Source: Anaeramoeba ignava BMAN (Eukaryota > Protista > Anaeramoebae). From it: a DNA stretch of 64,000 nt. The position numbers and the translations under genes are program-made. The notes below the pieces were generated by a model, which saw only the letters and a list, made by a program, of their open reading frames with translations, ran no database searches and was not told where the DNA came from. Within the stretch, counting starts at the first letter, position 1. Every line of letters starts with the position of its first letter. Shown piece after piece: positions 1-16,554 of the stretch. The DNA is taken from assembly GCA_028826165.1 (NCBI GenBank), contig JAPDFW010000068.1, positions 248,001 through 312,000 on the forward strand, in the 5' to 3' direction.

Positions 1-552
1 GCTTAAATAATTTGATGAGTTAATTTTGTTGGGGATTTATTATTGAATTAATATGATTACATAGAAATAAAAATGTGAAATTGATTTGACAATATTTAAT
101 TTAATTTTAATAATGATATTTTTTTTTTGGAAAATAAATTTACTAATCATTATATTTATAAATTCATTTCAAATAAACTAATGAAAAAAATTTTAATTTA
201 ATTTAAAAATGTAGGGATAGATAGGAATTGGAAAATAGATCTGAGATTTAATAGGATTTTTTTAATATTAATCCTTTTATAAAAAAAAAAATCAAAATTA
301 TTCAACTTTTATATTTTATTACTAAACTTTAGAACAAAAAAAAAAAAGAAAAAAAGAAAAAAAAATTAACTTATTTTACAACATTTTTTACTTTATTTTT
401 TTTACAATTCATTTATAAAATTATCTTTTTTTTTTCCATTCGAAAAAAAAAACAAAAACAAAAACAAAACAATATAAAAAATTCACATCCAAATTTAAAT
501 TTAAAATTTAAAAACAAATTTCCAAATTAAGTTTTTAAAAATCTTTTATCAA

Positions 553-1284
553 ATGTTAAAGTAAGAAAAAAAGAAGAAAAAAAAAAAAAAAAAAAACGAA
601 TTAAAAAAAAATTTTTTTTATAATTAAAATTAAAAAAAGAAAGAAGAAAATAAACAAAAAAATTAAAATAATTAAAAATTAAAATTAAAAATTAAAATAA
701 TTTAAAATAGAAAAAAAACAAAACGTATTCCAGAATTTTATTGTGATATTTGTGGTCGAGATATCACAGAATCTGTTCGTATTCGATGTGCTGTTTGCGT
801 TGATGTTGATCTTTGTGTTGATTGTTTTGCAAAAGGAAAGGAAACAAACACTCATAAAAAAAATCATCCATACTTAGTCATCCATGGACAAAGATTACGA
901 ATTTTTAGTAATAAATGGGATGTTCTTGAAGAATTACTTTTACTTGATGCTATTAAATTATATGGTCTTGGAAACTGGCTAGATATTGCTTCCCATGTTG
1001 GTACTAAAACTCATAGAGAATGTGAGAAGCATTATACTTCTATTTATTTGGAATCTGATGATTTTCCTTATCCTGATGAAAGTAGCATTCTTGATTCAAA
1101 AGAAAATGAAAAAAATTCAATTAAAAATTCAAATTCAAAATCTTCAAAATCAAATTCAAAATCTTCAAAAGCAAATGGAAATAATTCTAAATCTTTAAGA
1201 AAAAATCAAAATCAAAAACAAAATCAAATTGCTAAAAAGAGAAAAAATCAACCTAATCGTGGAAAAAGAAAAAGTGCTTGGTAA
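553..1284 (+). CDS. ADA2-like transcriptional adaptor, ZZ zinc finger + SANT/Myb domain only (short)
   Basis: ATG at 553, GT-AG intron 561-710, exon 2 reads FYCDICGRDITESVRIRCAVCVDVDLCVDCFAKG...HPYLV...WDVLEELLLLDAIKLYGLGNWLDIASHVGTKTHRECEKHY, matching the Ada2 N-terminus; stop at 1282-1284. Confidence 0.85.
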
Positions 1285-1489
1285 TTGTAAATAGCCTTTA
1301 TTTTTTCTTCCAAATTTTTTTGCTTTTTTTCTCTTTTTTTCTTCTTTCTTTTTTTTTTTGCTTTTTTCTTTCTTTTTTTCTTCTTTTTTCTTTTGTTCTG
1401 TTTTGTAGATTCCTCTTTTCCTTCTTTCTTTTTTCTCTTTTTAAAAGAAAAAAATATCAATAAAAATAAATTTTCAAATAACTTTTCTT

Positions 1490-3710
1490 AATCAATTTTA
1501 GATTAATTTTATTAATAAATTTTATAAATAAATTTAATAAATAAATTTAGATTAAAATTAATAAATAAATTTTGATTAAATTTAATAAATAATTTTAGAT
1601 TAAATTTAATAAATAAATTTTGATTAAATTTAATAAATAAATTTAGATTAAAATTAATAAATCAATTTAGATTAAAATTAATAAATAAATTTAGATTAAA
1701 ATTAATAAATAAATTTAGATTAAATTTAATAAATAAATTTAGATTAAATTTAATAAATAAATTTAGATTAAATTTAATAAATAAATTTAGATTAAATTTA
1801 ATCAATAAATTTAGATTAAAATTAATAAATAAATTTAGATTAAATTTAATAAATAAATTTAGATTAAAATTAATAAATAAATTTAGATTAAAATTAATAA
1901 ATAAATTTAATAAATAAATTTAGATTAAATTTAATAAATAAATTTTGATTAAATTTAATAAATAAATTTAGATTAAAATTAATAAATAAATTTAGATTAA
2001 ATTTAATAAATAAATTTAGATTAAATTTAATCAATAAATTTAGATTAAAATTAATAAATAAATTTAGATTAATTTTAATAAATAAATTTGGATTAAAATT
2101 AATAAATAAATTTAGATTAAAATTAATAAATAAATTTAGATTAAATTTAATAAATAAATTTGGATTAAATTTAATAAATAAAATTAGATTAAATTTAATA
2201 AATAAAATTAGATTAAAATTAATAAATAAATTTAGATTAAATTTAATAAATAAATTTAGATTAAAATTAATAAATAAATTTAGATTAAAATTAATAAATA
2301 AATTTAGATTAAATTTAATAAATAAATTTAGATTAAATTTAATAAATAAATTTGGATTAAATTTAATAAATAAAATTAGATTAAATTTAATAAATAAAAT
2401 TAGATTAAAATTAATAAATAAATTTAGATTAAATTTAATAAATAAATTTAGATTAAAAATTAATAAATAAATTTAGATTAAAATTAATAAATAAATTTAG
2501 ATTAAATTTAATAAATAAATTTAGATTAAATTTAATAAATAAATTTGGATTAAATTTAATAAATAAAATTAGATTAAATTTAATAAATAAAATTAGATTA
2601 AAATTAATAAATAAATTTAGATTAAATTTAATAAATAAAATTAGATTAAATTTAATAAATAAAATTAGATTAAAATTAATAAATAAATTTAGATTAAATT
2701 TAATAAATAAATTTAGATTAAAATTAATAAATAAATTTAGATTAAAATTAATAAATAAATTTAGATTAAATTTAATAAATAAATTTAGATTAAATTTAAT
2801 CAATAAATTTAGATTAAAATTAATAAATAAATTTAGATTAAATTTAATAAATAAATTTAGATTAAAAATTAATAAATAAATTTAGATTTAAAAAATTAAT
2901 AAATAAATTTAATAAATAAATTTAGATTAAATTTAATAAATAAATTTAGATTAAAATTAATAAATAAATTTAGATTAAAATTAATAAATAAATTTAGATT
3001 AAAATTTAATAAATAAATTTAGATTAAATTTAATCAATAAATTTAGATTAAAAAATTAATAAATAAATTTAGATTAATTTTAATAAATAAATTTGGATTA
3101 AAATTAATAAATAAATTTAGATTAAAAATTAATAAATAAATTTAGATTAAATTTAATAAATAAATTTGGATTAAATTTAATAAATAAAATTAGATTAAAT
3201 TTAATAAATAAAATTAGATTAAAATTAATAAATAAATTTAGATTAAATTTAATAAATAAAATTTAGATTAAAATTAATAAATAAATTTAGATTAAAATTA
3301 ATAAATAAATTTTAGATTAAATTTAATAAATAAATTTAGATTAAATTTAATAAATAAAATTAGATTAAAATTAATAAATAAATTTGGATTAAAATTAATA
3401 AATAAATTTAGATTAAAATTAATAAATAAATTTAGATTAAATTTAATGAGAAAATTTAGATTAAAATTAATAAATAAATTTAGATTAAAATTAATAAATA
3501 AATTTAGATTAATTTTTTATTAATAAATTTAATAAATAAAATTAATAAATAAATTTTGATTAAATTTAATAAATAAAATTAATAAATAAATTTAGATTAA
3601 AATTAATAAATAAATTTAGATTAAATTTAATAAATAAATTTAGATTAAAATTAAATAAATAAAATTAGATTAAATTTAATAAATAAAATTAGATTAAATT
3701 TAATGAGAAA
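1490..3710. repeat. Intergenic tandem satellite, 24-bp unit (TTTAGATTAAATTTAATAAATAAA), ~90 copies
   Basis: Directly visible; the spurious minus-strand ORF repeats every 8 aa (FIKFNLNL), giving 24 bp. Confidence 0.95.
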
Positions 3711-3795
3711 ATTGAGATCGAAAATAATTTAAATTTTTTTTTCATTTTTTTCATTTTTTTCATTTTCATTTTTTTCTTGTTTTTTATTTTTTAAA

Positions 3796-7668
<3,873 letters not shown>

Positions 7669-7861
7669 ATGAGTCATTTTTGAAATTTTTTTAATAATTA
7701 TGATGGAATAAATACTCATTTAAAAAAAAATAAAAAAAAATTTTTTTTTCTTTTTTTAATTTTTTTTAATTTCATTTTTTTTTTTCTCTTCAATAGAAAA
7801 TTAATTTTTTAAAACAAATAAAAAAAAAAAATCAAAAAAGAAAAAAAAAAAGTTATAAAGA

Positions 7862-8948
7862 ATGTCAACTAAAAAAGAAACTCAACCAAAAAAAGAAACA
7901 CAACCAAAAAAAGAAGCTCAACCAAAAAAAGAAGCTCCTCAAAAAAAAACAAGAAAAGCAAGAGGTAAAGCAAAAGCAAAAGCAGGTGAACAAGAAGAAC
8001 AAAAAGAAGTACAAACTTTAGGACCTAAAACAAGACCAAATGAACTTGTTTTTGGAGTTTGTCATATTCTTGCTTCTTTTAATGTTTGTTATTCTTTTTA
8101 TTTTATCAAATTATAGAAAATTAAAAATTATTTATAAAATTAAAAATTATTTATAAAATTAAAATAGGATACCTTTATTCATGTTACAGATCTTTCTGGA
8201 AGAGAAACTCTTGTTAGAATTACTGGTAAATAAGAATAATTTTAAAAATTTAAAAATTTCATTTTCTTATTATGATTATTATTATTATTATGATTATTAT
8301 TATTATTAACAGGAGGAATGAAAGTTAAAGCAGATAGAGATGAATCATCTCCTTATGCAGCTATGCTTGCAGCTCAAGATGTTGCCGCTCGTTTAAAAGT
8401 AAATTGAGAAATGATTTAAAAAAATATAAAAACATCAAATGAACAAAAATATAAAAATATCAAATGAACAAATATATAAAAACATGAAATCAACAAAAAT
8501 ATAAAAACATGAAATCAACAAAAATATAAAAATGAAATCAAAAAAATATAAAAATATGAAATGAAAAAAAATATAAAAACATGAAATCAACAAAAATATA
8601 AAAAAATCAAATGAACAAAAATATAAAAACATGAAATCAAAAAATATATAAAAATATCAAAAAAATATAAAAATATCAAATCAAAAAAAAATATAAAAAT
8701 ATCAAAAAAATATAAATTTCTAAAATTAATTTCTCTTTCTTATTTAAAAGGAACTTAATATCAGAGCTGTTCATATAAAACTTAGAGGTTCAGGAGGAAA
8801 TAGAAGAAGAGCAATTGGACCAGGAGGACAAGCAGCTCTTCGTGCTTTAGCAAGAGCAGGAATCAAAATTGGAAGAATTGAAGATGTTACTCCAATTCCA
8901 ACAGATGGAACAAGAAAAAAAGGTGGTCATCGTGGAAGAAGACTTTAA
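7862..8948 (+). CDS. RPS14: 40S ribosomal protein S14 (uS11), with an N-terminal PKKE(T/A)Q repeat extension
   Basis: Exons 7862-8083, 8168-8225, 8313-8398, 8751-8948; [69 protein letters not shown]. Confidence 0.97.
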
Positions 8949-9728
8949 ATTTTTACATTAAATTTACATTTACATTACATTAAATGACTTGAATTGATTT
9001 TTCCTTCTTTCTTTTTTAATATGATCCTATTTTTTTTCCTCTTCAATTTTTTAAAACAACAAAACATTTTCTTTTTCTTTCTTTTTTTTTTAAAAAAAAC
9101 TAAAAATACAATTTTAATTTCCAGTCATTTTCTTTTATTTTTATTGATTTTTCTATTGTGAATTTATTTTTAAAAATTGATTTTTCTATTGTGAATTTAT
9201 TTTTATCAAAAAATTGAGAAAAGATTATCATCATTTTCATTTTAAATTTTTTTTTTTTTTATTCATTTTTTCTTATTCATTTTTTTTCAAAAATTATAAA
9301 TAGAAATACACAGAAGAAACATTTATATTTATTCTAACAGCATTCTCAGAAAAAGTTAGCACGAAATAACTGAAAAAATTTATTAAAATTTTATAGGAAT
9401 GTGCAATTTTTTTTTTTAATTTTTTTTTTCAACAAAAACAATTTTTTTTGGCTATTTTTTCCATGCTTTAATTTGAAGATATATTCTTCTTTTAATATCA
9501 TGCAAAAACTGCCATGTTTAAATGAAAAATAAAAGAAAAATATTTACCTCTAATCAATCAATTTTTTGTATTTTCCTTTTTTTTTTTTTGTTTATTTAAA
9601 AGATCACACAATATAAAAAAAATATTTTTTTTTCTGGCAGATCAATATTCACTTTTTTTTTGACAACTTTTTGTTTTTTTTTTTTTTTCTCTTTCAATTT
9701 TGTTTCAATTTGTTTTTTGAAAAAAAAA

Positions 9729-12700
9729 ATGAAAAATTTCAAAAAAAAAAAAACTAATCTTCGTCTTTGTTATATATGTGGGAAAATGAAACCAAAAAAA
9801 GGAAAAAAACCAACCCAAATTCTTCTAGAATGCTCCAAAGAAGCTATTAAGAGCAAATATTGTTGTTCAAGATGCTATAATGATAATGCAAAAATGGTAA
9901 ATTTTGTTTTTCTCCCTTTTATTTTTTTTTAATTCTCTTTTTTTGATAGATCAAGAAAAAGAACAAAATAAAGACATTAAAAGATCAAATAATGGAATTA
10001 AATACTCAATATAAAGAATTGGAAAATCAAATCAAAATTTTAGAAGAAACGAACAAAAAATGGATTAATTTGTCTTATTCAAAAGATGCTCATATAGATT
10101 TGCATGTACAAATGGAAGAAAAATTGATGACACAAATGAAAAAAGTTGAAACTTTAGTAAACAAAAAATCACAAGAGATAGAAGATTTATCTCTTGAAAT
10201 TTTAGAATTGAGAAGAAAATTAGTGCAATCTATGGAAGAAAACATGAGACTAAAAGATGGTTCTTATTTAGAAAATTCCAAATTAGTTCTTGATTTACGA
10301 GCGGAGAAAGAAAATTTATACAAACAACTCATGAAAAAGGAAGAAGAATTAAAAGAAACTAGAAGAAGACTTTATTATCATGAAGTGGAAAAACCCAAAA
10401 ATGAGAAATCAAAACAAGAATCTTGCGAAAAATCAAGTAATTCGAAGAAAAAAACAGAAAGTAAAACTAAAAATACTGGGGAAAATCAAGATTCATTATA
10501 TAAATCCCGAAAATCACCACAAGAAACTCGTCAAGCTATACAAAATTTCAAAGATTCATACGAAACAGATAGAAATTTTCGTTCAGTTTTCAATATAGGA
10601 GCCAAAATAAATGGACTCGCCATTTCCAAACTTTATCGTGTTCTCAATATGTTGAATATTAAAACACAAGAAGGACGACAAGAATATTGCCAGGATGTCA
10701 AATACAAGTTAAGTCATAACGTTGAAGAAATGTACCAAACAAAAATTAAAGAAATTGATAATAAAATTAGAGAAGAAACAGACCCTGAACAATCGGACAT
10801 GATTCAACATATGAAAGAAAATTTTATTTCAAATGAACAAATTCCAAAAATCGCGAAACTTGCAAAATCACTTTTCTTAGGGAATAAATTGGAAGAAAAA
10901 GAAGAAATCTTGAATTTCCAAACTGAATTAACTGAAAAAGTCATACACTGTATTGAAAATAAAGAAGGAATATGCAAGAATAAGAATAAGAATAAGAATA
11001 AGAATAAGAATAAGAATAAGAATAAGAATAAGAATAAGAATAAGAATAAGAATAAGAATAAGAATAAGAATAAGAATAAGAATAAGAATAAGAATAAAAA
11101 TAAAAATAAGAATAAGAATAAGAATAAGAATAAGAATAAGAATAAGAATAAGAATAAGAATAAGAATAAGAATAAGAATAAGAATAAGAATAAGAATAAG
11201 AATAAGAATAAGAATAAGAATAAGAATAAGAAGACGAAAAAACATCATAAAAAACATCATAAAAAACATCATAAAAAACATCATCACAAGGATTCACAAA
11301 ATGATGAAAATAATGAAAATAATGAAAATAATGAAAATAATCAAAATAATGAAAATGATGAAAATAATCAAAATAATCAAAATAATCAAAATAATGAAAA
11401 TAATCAAAACAATGAAAACAATGAAAATAATGAAAATAATGAAAATAATGAAAATAATGAAAATAATCAAAATAATGAAAACAATGAAAATAATGAAAAT
11501 GATGAAAATAATCAAAATAATGAAAATAATGAAAATAATGAAAATAATGAAAATAATGAAAATAATCAAAATAATCAAAATAATGAAAATAATGAAAATG
11601 ATCAAAATAATCAAAATAATCAAAATAATGAAAATAATGAAAATAATGAAAATAATGAAAATAATCAAAATAATGAAAATAATGAAAATAATCAAAACAA
11701 TGAAAATAATCAAAACAATGAAAATAATCAAAACAATGAAAATAATCAAAACAATGAAAATGATGAAAATAATGAAAATAATGAAAATAATGAAAATAAT
11801 GAAAATAATGAAAATAATCAAAATAATGAAAATAATGATAAAAGGGTTGAAAAAAACAGTTTGAATTGTTCCAATCAAAATTATGATTTCAATCTCATTC
11901 AAAATCCACCTAAAACTCAAGAAATGAAGGATGAAAAACCAAAAGTGTATTTGATTTTGGCCCATGATACTGGTTTTGCTCATAGAAACAATAGATCTTC
12001 AAATGCATGTGGGGCTTTCATCGAAAAGAATACAAAGTTCAACTACATATGCCATCTTGAAAGTTCATCTACTACAAAAACGATCAAATCTCAAGGACTA
12101 GAAAATGTTATAATTCCAAATGGAGTGAAAGCTGTAGAAAATAATTTTTCGATCATAGCAACAATCCACGACCAAAAAACTTGTATGGAAATCACAAAAA
12201 AATTGCCACATGTGATGCATTTGCTCGATCCTTGGCATGTGACAAGAAGTATAAGAAGAAGAATTGCAAAAATAATCACAAGATTCTTAGCACAACAAAG
12301 AAAAAGAGAAGAAACAGAAAAAGTAGGAAAACTAACACAAAAAGAAAGAGAAGAGCTCAAAAAAGAAAAAGATAAATATTTGAATGGAGAGGTTCTATTA
12401 TTTCTCATTTTTTGAGATGTATCAAAAGTTGTCATGGAGATATTCCAATTCTCCTTAAAAATTGGTTCATTTATTTCATTCATTCAAATGGAAATCATGA
12501 ATTCTGCGTGAAATTCAATGAAAAATATTCAAAAGATCCTAATAATAGCACGCCTCCTTGCACTGTTAAGAAAAAAATCAATACAAATCAGGATTTTGAA
12601 TTACTTAAACTCATTCTATCTGATGTGCCCATTCTACAAAAATTGATATATTGTCGATATGATCTATCTACAAGCCATTGTGAGTCTTTTTTTAGTGTGC

Positions 12701-14678
12701 TGAACCTTTATCGATCAAAACTTACACATTCAGGAAATTACCCTCTTTTGTATAAATTAGCTTCCTTAGATTGGAATTATAATAGAACTAGGCAAAAAAG
12801 TGATTTGGAAAAGGAACAAGAACGTCAAAATGAAAATAATCAAAACAATGAAAATAATGAAAATAATGAAAATAATGAAAATAATCAAAATAATGAAAAT
12901 AATGAAAATAATCAAAACAATGAAAATAATGAAAATGATGAAAATAATGAAAATAATCAAAACAATGAAAATAATAAAAATAATGAAAATAATGAAAATA
13001 ATCAAAACAATGAAAACAATGAAAATAATAAAAATAATGAAAATAATGAAAATAATCAAAATAATGAAAATAATGAAAATAATCAAAATAATGAAAATCA
13101 AGTAAAATATAAAGTGGAAATAGAATTTGGAGAAGAAATTTCACAATATCACGAATCTCAAAATGAAGATGAAGATGAAGATGAAGATGAAGATGAAGAT
13201 GAAGATGAAGATGAAGATGAAGAATCTTTTTCAAACAAAAACAAGAAAAACAGAAGAAAAAAAAAGGATATGAACTGGCAAAAAATTCTCCTTCATCAAT
13301 CTCTCCCAGAAATCTTTCAAATTGATGAACCTTCGAATCAAAAAGAGGTGGAAAAATCAAATTTTAATTCCAATTCTCCAAAAGAAAAAAAAAAAAGAAC
13401 AAAGAAGAGAAGAAATTGTAAATCGGAAACCAAATTGAAACCAAAAAGACCAAAAACAAAAACAAAAACAAAAAAAAGAGAAACTCAAAGTAATGGCAAA
13501 AAAAAAAAGGAACCAATTACAAAAATTAGGTCAAAAATGAATCCTCGTTTAATTGATTTTGCCAATGAAAAAAAGAGAAACCGAACAAGAAGAGAAGTTT
13601 TTCCACTCCAAAAAATGCTTCAAAATTATCCATATCAAGAAGAAATAAGGAGGAATCGGTCGGAGATAGATGATTTTTTGAATCATTTGATTAATGAGCC
13701 AACACCCATTCAACTCACTTATGAAATTCATGAAGCTTGGTGGGAAAGGTGGGATATAAACGGATGGCTTGAATTTGAGGATATTTCTATTGTCCTGAGA
13801 TTTTTATTTCAGGATCAATACCATTTAGATCCCGATTGGACTAAATTGATTCTCGATCCTACTATGAGAAAATTTTCAGCTGGATACCGAAATCTCCAAG
13901 AATTTGAAAACCAACAGGCAGAAGATAGAAAGAATTTTGACCAATTTTTAGAGAAAACACAACAAACACTACCAAATCTGATTGAGTACTTCCAAAATTT
14001 TCAATCCAATAATCCACACTTGAATAAATTGAAAGCTTTTTCTAATTGGCTATCCTCAATAGATCTAAGAAATGATTTGGCCCAAAATGAACAAATCAGG
14101 ATTTTTGAAACAGAATCAAAAAGAATGGATGGAAAAGAGAAGTTTTTGAAAACATGGAGGAATGCAAAAGAATTCTGAGATTTGATCAAGATAAAAATAA
14201 GAGCCCAGTTCCTTTAATTTGGTGGTATGTGAATCATTATGTCTGTTTTATAGTTGATCATAATAAGAATCAAATTTTACAATTTAACAGTTTTCCTCAA
14301 TGTTGGAAAGAGGAAGTTGCCAATTTCGGTGAGAGAATCACCTTTTTTATGGAAGGAGTTACTAATAGAAAATTTGAAAGGATTGTTTTGGATACCACAA
14401 ACCTTCAAATTGACCGAGCCCAATGTGGGATTTTCGTTCTTCTCTTTCTTTGGTTAGTTTTGACATGGGGAATGCCAATTGAAAAATGTCTTCAGGTGAT
14501 GAATCATTGGTTAGCATTGCGATTCAGATTGATGATACTAGTCCAAATTTTGAACAAAAAAAAAATTCCCATTTATCTTAAACCACAAAATCAAATTGAA
14601 ACTCTCATGGCAAATCATCCATGGGGAAAAAAGAGAGTATCATTTTTTCTGAAACCCCAATCAACAATTACATATTGA
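9729..14678 (+). CDS. Transposase polyprotein: C4 zinc finger, coiled coil, low-complexity block, DDE core, Ulp1/C48-like peptidase (two frameshifts)
   Basis: Exon 1 9729-9896 (LCYICG..CCSRC), intron 9897-9949 joins in frame to ORF 9992-12415; frameshift ~12377-12383 (next frame reads EWRGSIISHFLRCIKSCHG); frameshift ~14160-14178 into the ORF with NHY, FNS, LQIDRAQCG. Confidence 0.75.
10977..11840 (+). repeat. In-frame coding microsatellites inside the transposase: (AAGAAT)n encoding KN, KKHH, and 9-bp AAT-GAA/CAA-AAT encoding NEN/NQN
   Basis: Directly visible; a second NEN/NQN block at ~12828-13100 and (GAAGAT)n at ~13164-13220. Confidence 0.95.
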
Positions 14679-14912
14679 ATCACGCAATTCCAAAATTTAT
14701 CACTTTCTTTCTTCTTTTTTCTTTGCTTTTTCTTTTTTTTCTTTTTCTTTTCTTGATTTTTTCAAACGAGAAATTCAAAAAAAATGCCAAAAAAATACAC
14801 AAATTTTTGATGGAATTTAATAAAAAGAAGAAAAGATTCCAAAAGAAAAGAAGAACAGGAAAAACTTTTTTTTTTTTTTATTTAAAAAACTGACACGTGT
14901 TAAAAAAAAAAA

Positions 14913-16371
14913 TCAAAAATTCGAAAAAAAATTTTTTTGGGAGAAGGCTTTAAGAAATTTATCCAACATAACAATTTCTCGATCTAAACTTTCATCTCCA
15001 ATTTCTTTCATTTCTTTCAAAAAATATTCTTTAAATTGACGAATTTTTGTTTTTGATTCTTCATCAACTGTTTCTTTATCTAAAATTTGATGAACAAAGG
15101 AAACATAACGGATTAAAAGAATTCCTTTTCTTGCCATTAAATCTTGGAAATGGTCATTTTCATCATTCTTTTCCAAAATATCCAAAAAATTGATTGTTTG
15201 AGAATCAACAAATTCTTGACCCTTTGTGTCTTTATAAGAAGTAATAAGTTTAAAAGGAATTCCATCAGAAACCGAACTTGCGAGTTTGAGAATAATCACA
15301 CCACCTTCAGTTTCGTTTTTCATTTCTATCCCCAGGCATGACAGTCGAGATATCAATAAGATTGTCTTCAGATTTGATAAAGAGTATCTTCATGATCAGG
15401 GAGAACCATAAACATTCAGTATTTGTACACCTTCGGTTTTGATTTTCAAATCAAATGCAATGGGAGTAACAATAAAATCAAATTCCTTCTCCATTTTCCT
15501 TCGGAATTCAGACGCAGAATTGACACTCAAATAATTAGCTCCTTTTGTTTTTGTGATTGCGTTGCAAAGCTCAGTATTGAAATCTACTCCAATTCCAACA
15601 AGTGTGATATAGATGTCTTGTTGAGAGTATTTTTTGGATAAACCTAGTAAACCTGTGGATGAAAACTCTCCTGTGTTTGGATGCGCATCGGTCAAGAAAA
15701 TCACTCGATTTTGGAAAAGATCTTTTTTCGTCTTCATTTGCTTCAGATTGTCTTGAATAAGAGCAACTCCCTCTCTGAATCCCAGCGACATATCGGTTCC
15801 TCCTCTTGGTTTCAACTTGTCAATTTTTTGATACAACTTTTTTTTATTGATTGATTTCCATTCTTGAGATTTTTGGATCAAATCAGTTTCGTTATCAAAA
15901 ACAATCATTCCAAAATGATCATCAGGCTTCAACTGAGCAGTTAATCCTTTTCAAAAAGCGCGTTTTGCAATTTCCAGTTTGTCAAGCGAACGTTCAAGTT
16001 CGTTTCTTGATCATTTTTGGATCGTCTTTCGTCTGATTGAATAAATGAAGATCCCATTGATCCAGAAATATCAAGTACAATCACAATATTCAATTTGGGT
16101 CTTCCAAGTGTTTTTGATTCTTCTCCATCGTACTTGGATGTTACTAGCACTGCTGCATAATATTCTTTCTCGTTTGACTTTTTGAGGGTTCTTTGTAATT
16201 GCGCATTTTGTTGATATTGTTAAAATGTTTTCACTTGATTTTCCACTTATTGGAAAATAATATTCATTTATTAATCCATTAAATGTAATTGAAGATTTAG
16301 GTGGTAAATATGAATATGAAAAGATTTGAACGGAAATTTGTTATATCAATTGCTCCTCCAAATGATTCCAT
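14913..16371 (-). CDS. Intronless VWA-domain protein of a prokaryote-type family (YfbK-related); frameshifted
   Basis: ATG at 16371, MESFGGAIDITNFR..YLPPKSSITFNGLINEYYF; LNIVIVLDISGSM (MIDAS DxSxS), PRGGTDM, RVIFLTDAHPNTG, GIGVDFNTEL..I.KTKGANY, spread over 3+ frames. Confidence 0.8.
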
Positions 16372-16554
16372 TTTTATTTAAAGAAAAATAAAAATTAAAA
16401 AAATTCGAAAAAAAAATTTTTAAATTGAGAACTTTTAATTTAAAATCCTCTTTTTTATTTTGCCATTTTTTAAATTTTAATCTTAATAAATTATTATTTT
16501 TAATTTAATTTAATTTATTTTTGATTATTATTATTAAACTAAAATTGAATAAAA

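Larger units (their letters stand above)
9340..14903 (+). mobile_element. DNA transposon (Kolobok/Mutator-like DDE transposase + Ulp1-like protease); boundaries approximate
   Basis: Transposase motifs HDTG, HDQK, DPWH, W..SI.SH..RC...C.G, H..GNHEFC, TSHCESFFS, LASLDWN.N, then a C48-like domain; sits between the RPS14 3' end and the VWA 3' end; termini not securely identified. Confidence 0.7.

Noticed and set aside
2453-2803. ORF-track entries made of FIKFNLNL, ILILIL, IKIKIK, FEMN, FLII etc. (also 4459, 10928-11983 alternative frames, 31801, 54247, 58727, 61398)
   Set aside because: These are translations of microsatellites or antisense/shifted frames of real repeats, not genes
1500-3700. 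TTAGA-containing repeat as an interstitial telomere
   Set aside because: The 24-bp unit lacks G-runs and is not TTAGGG-like
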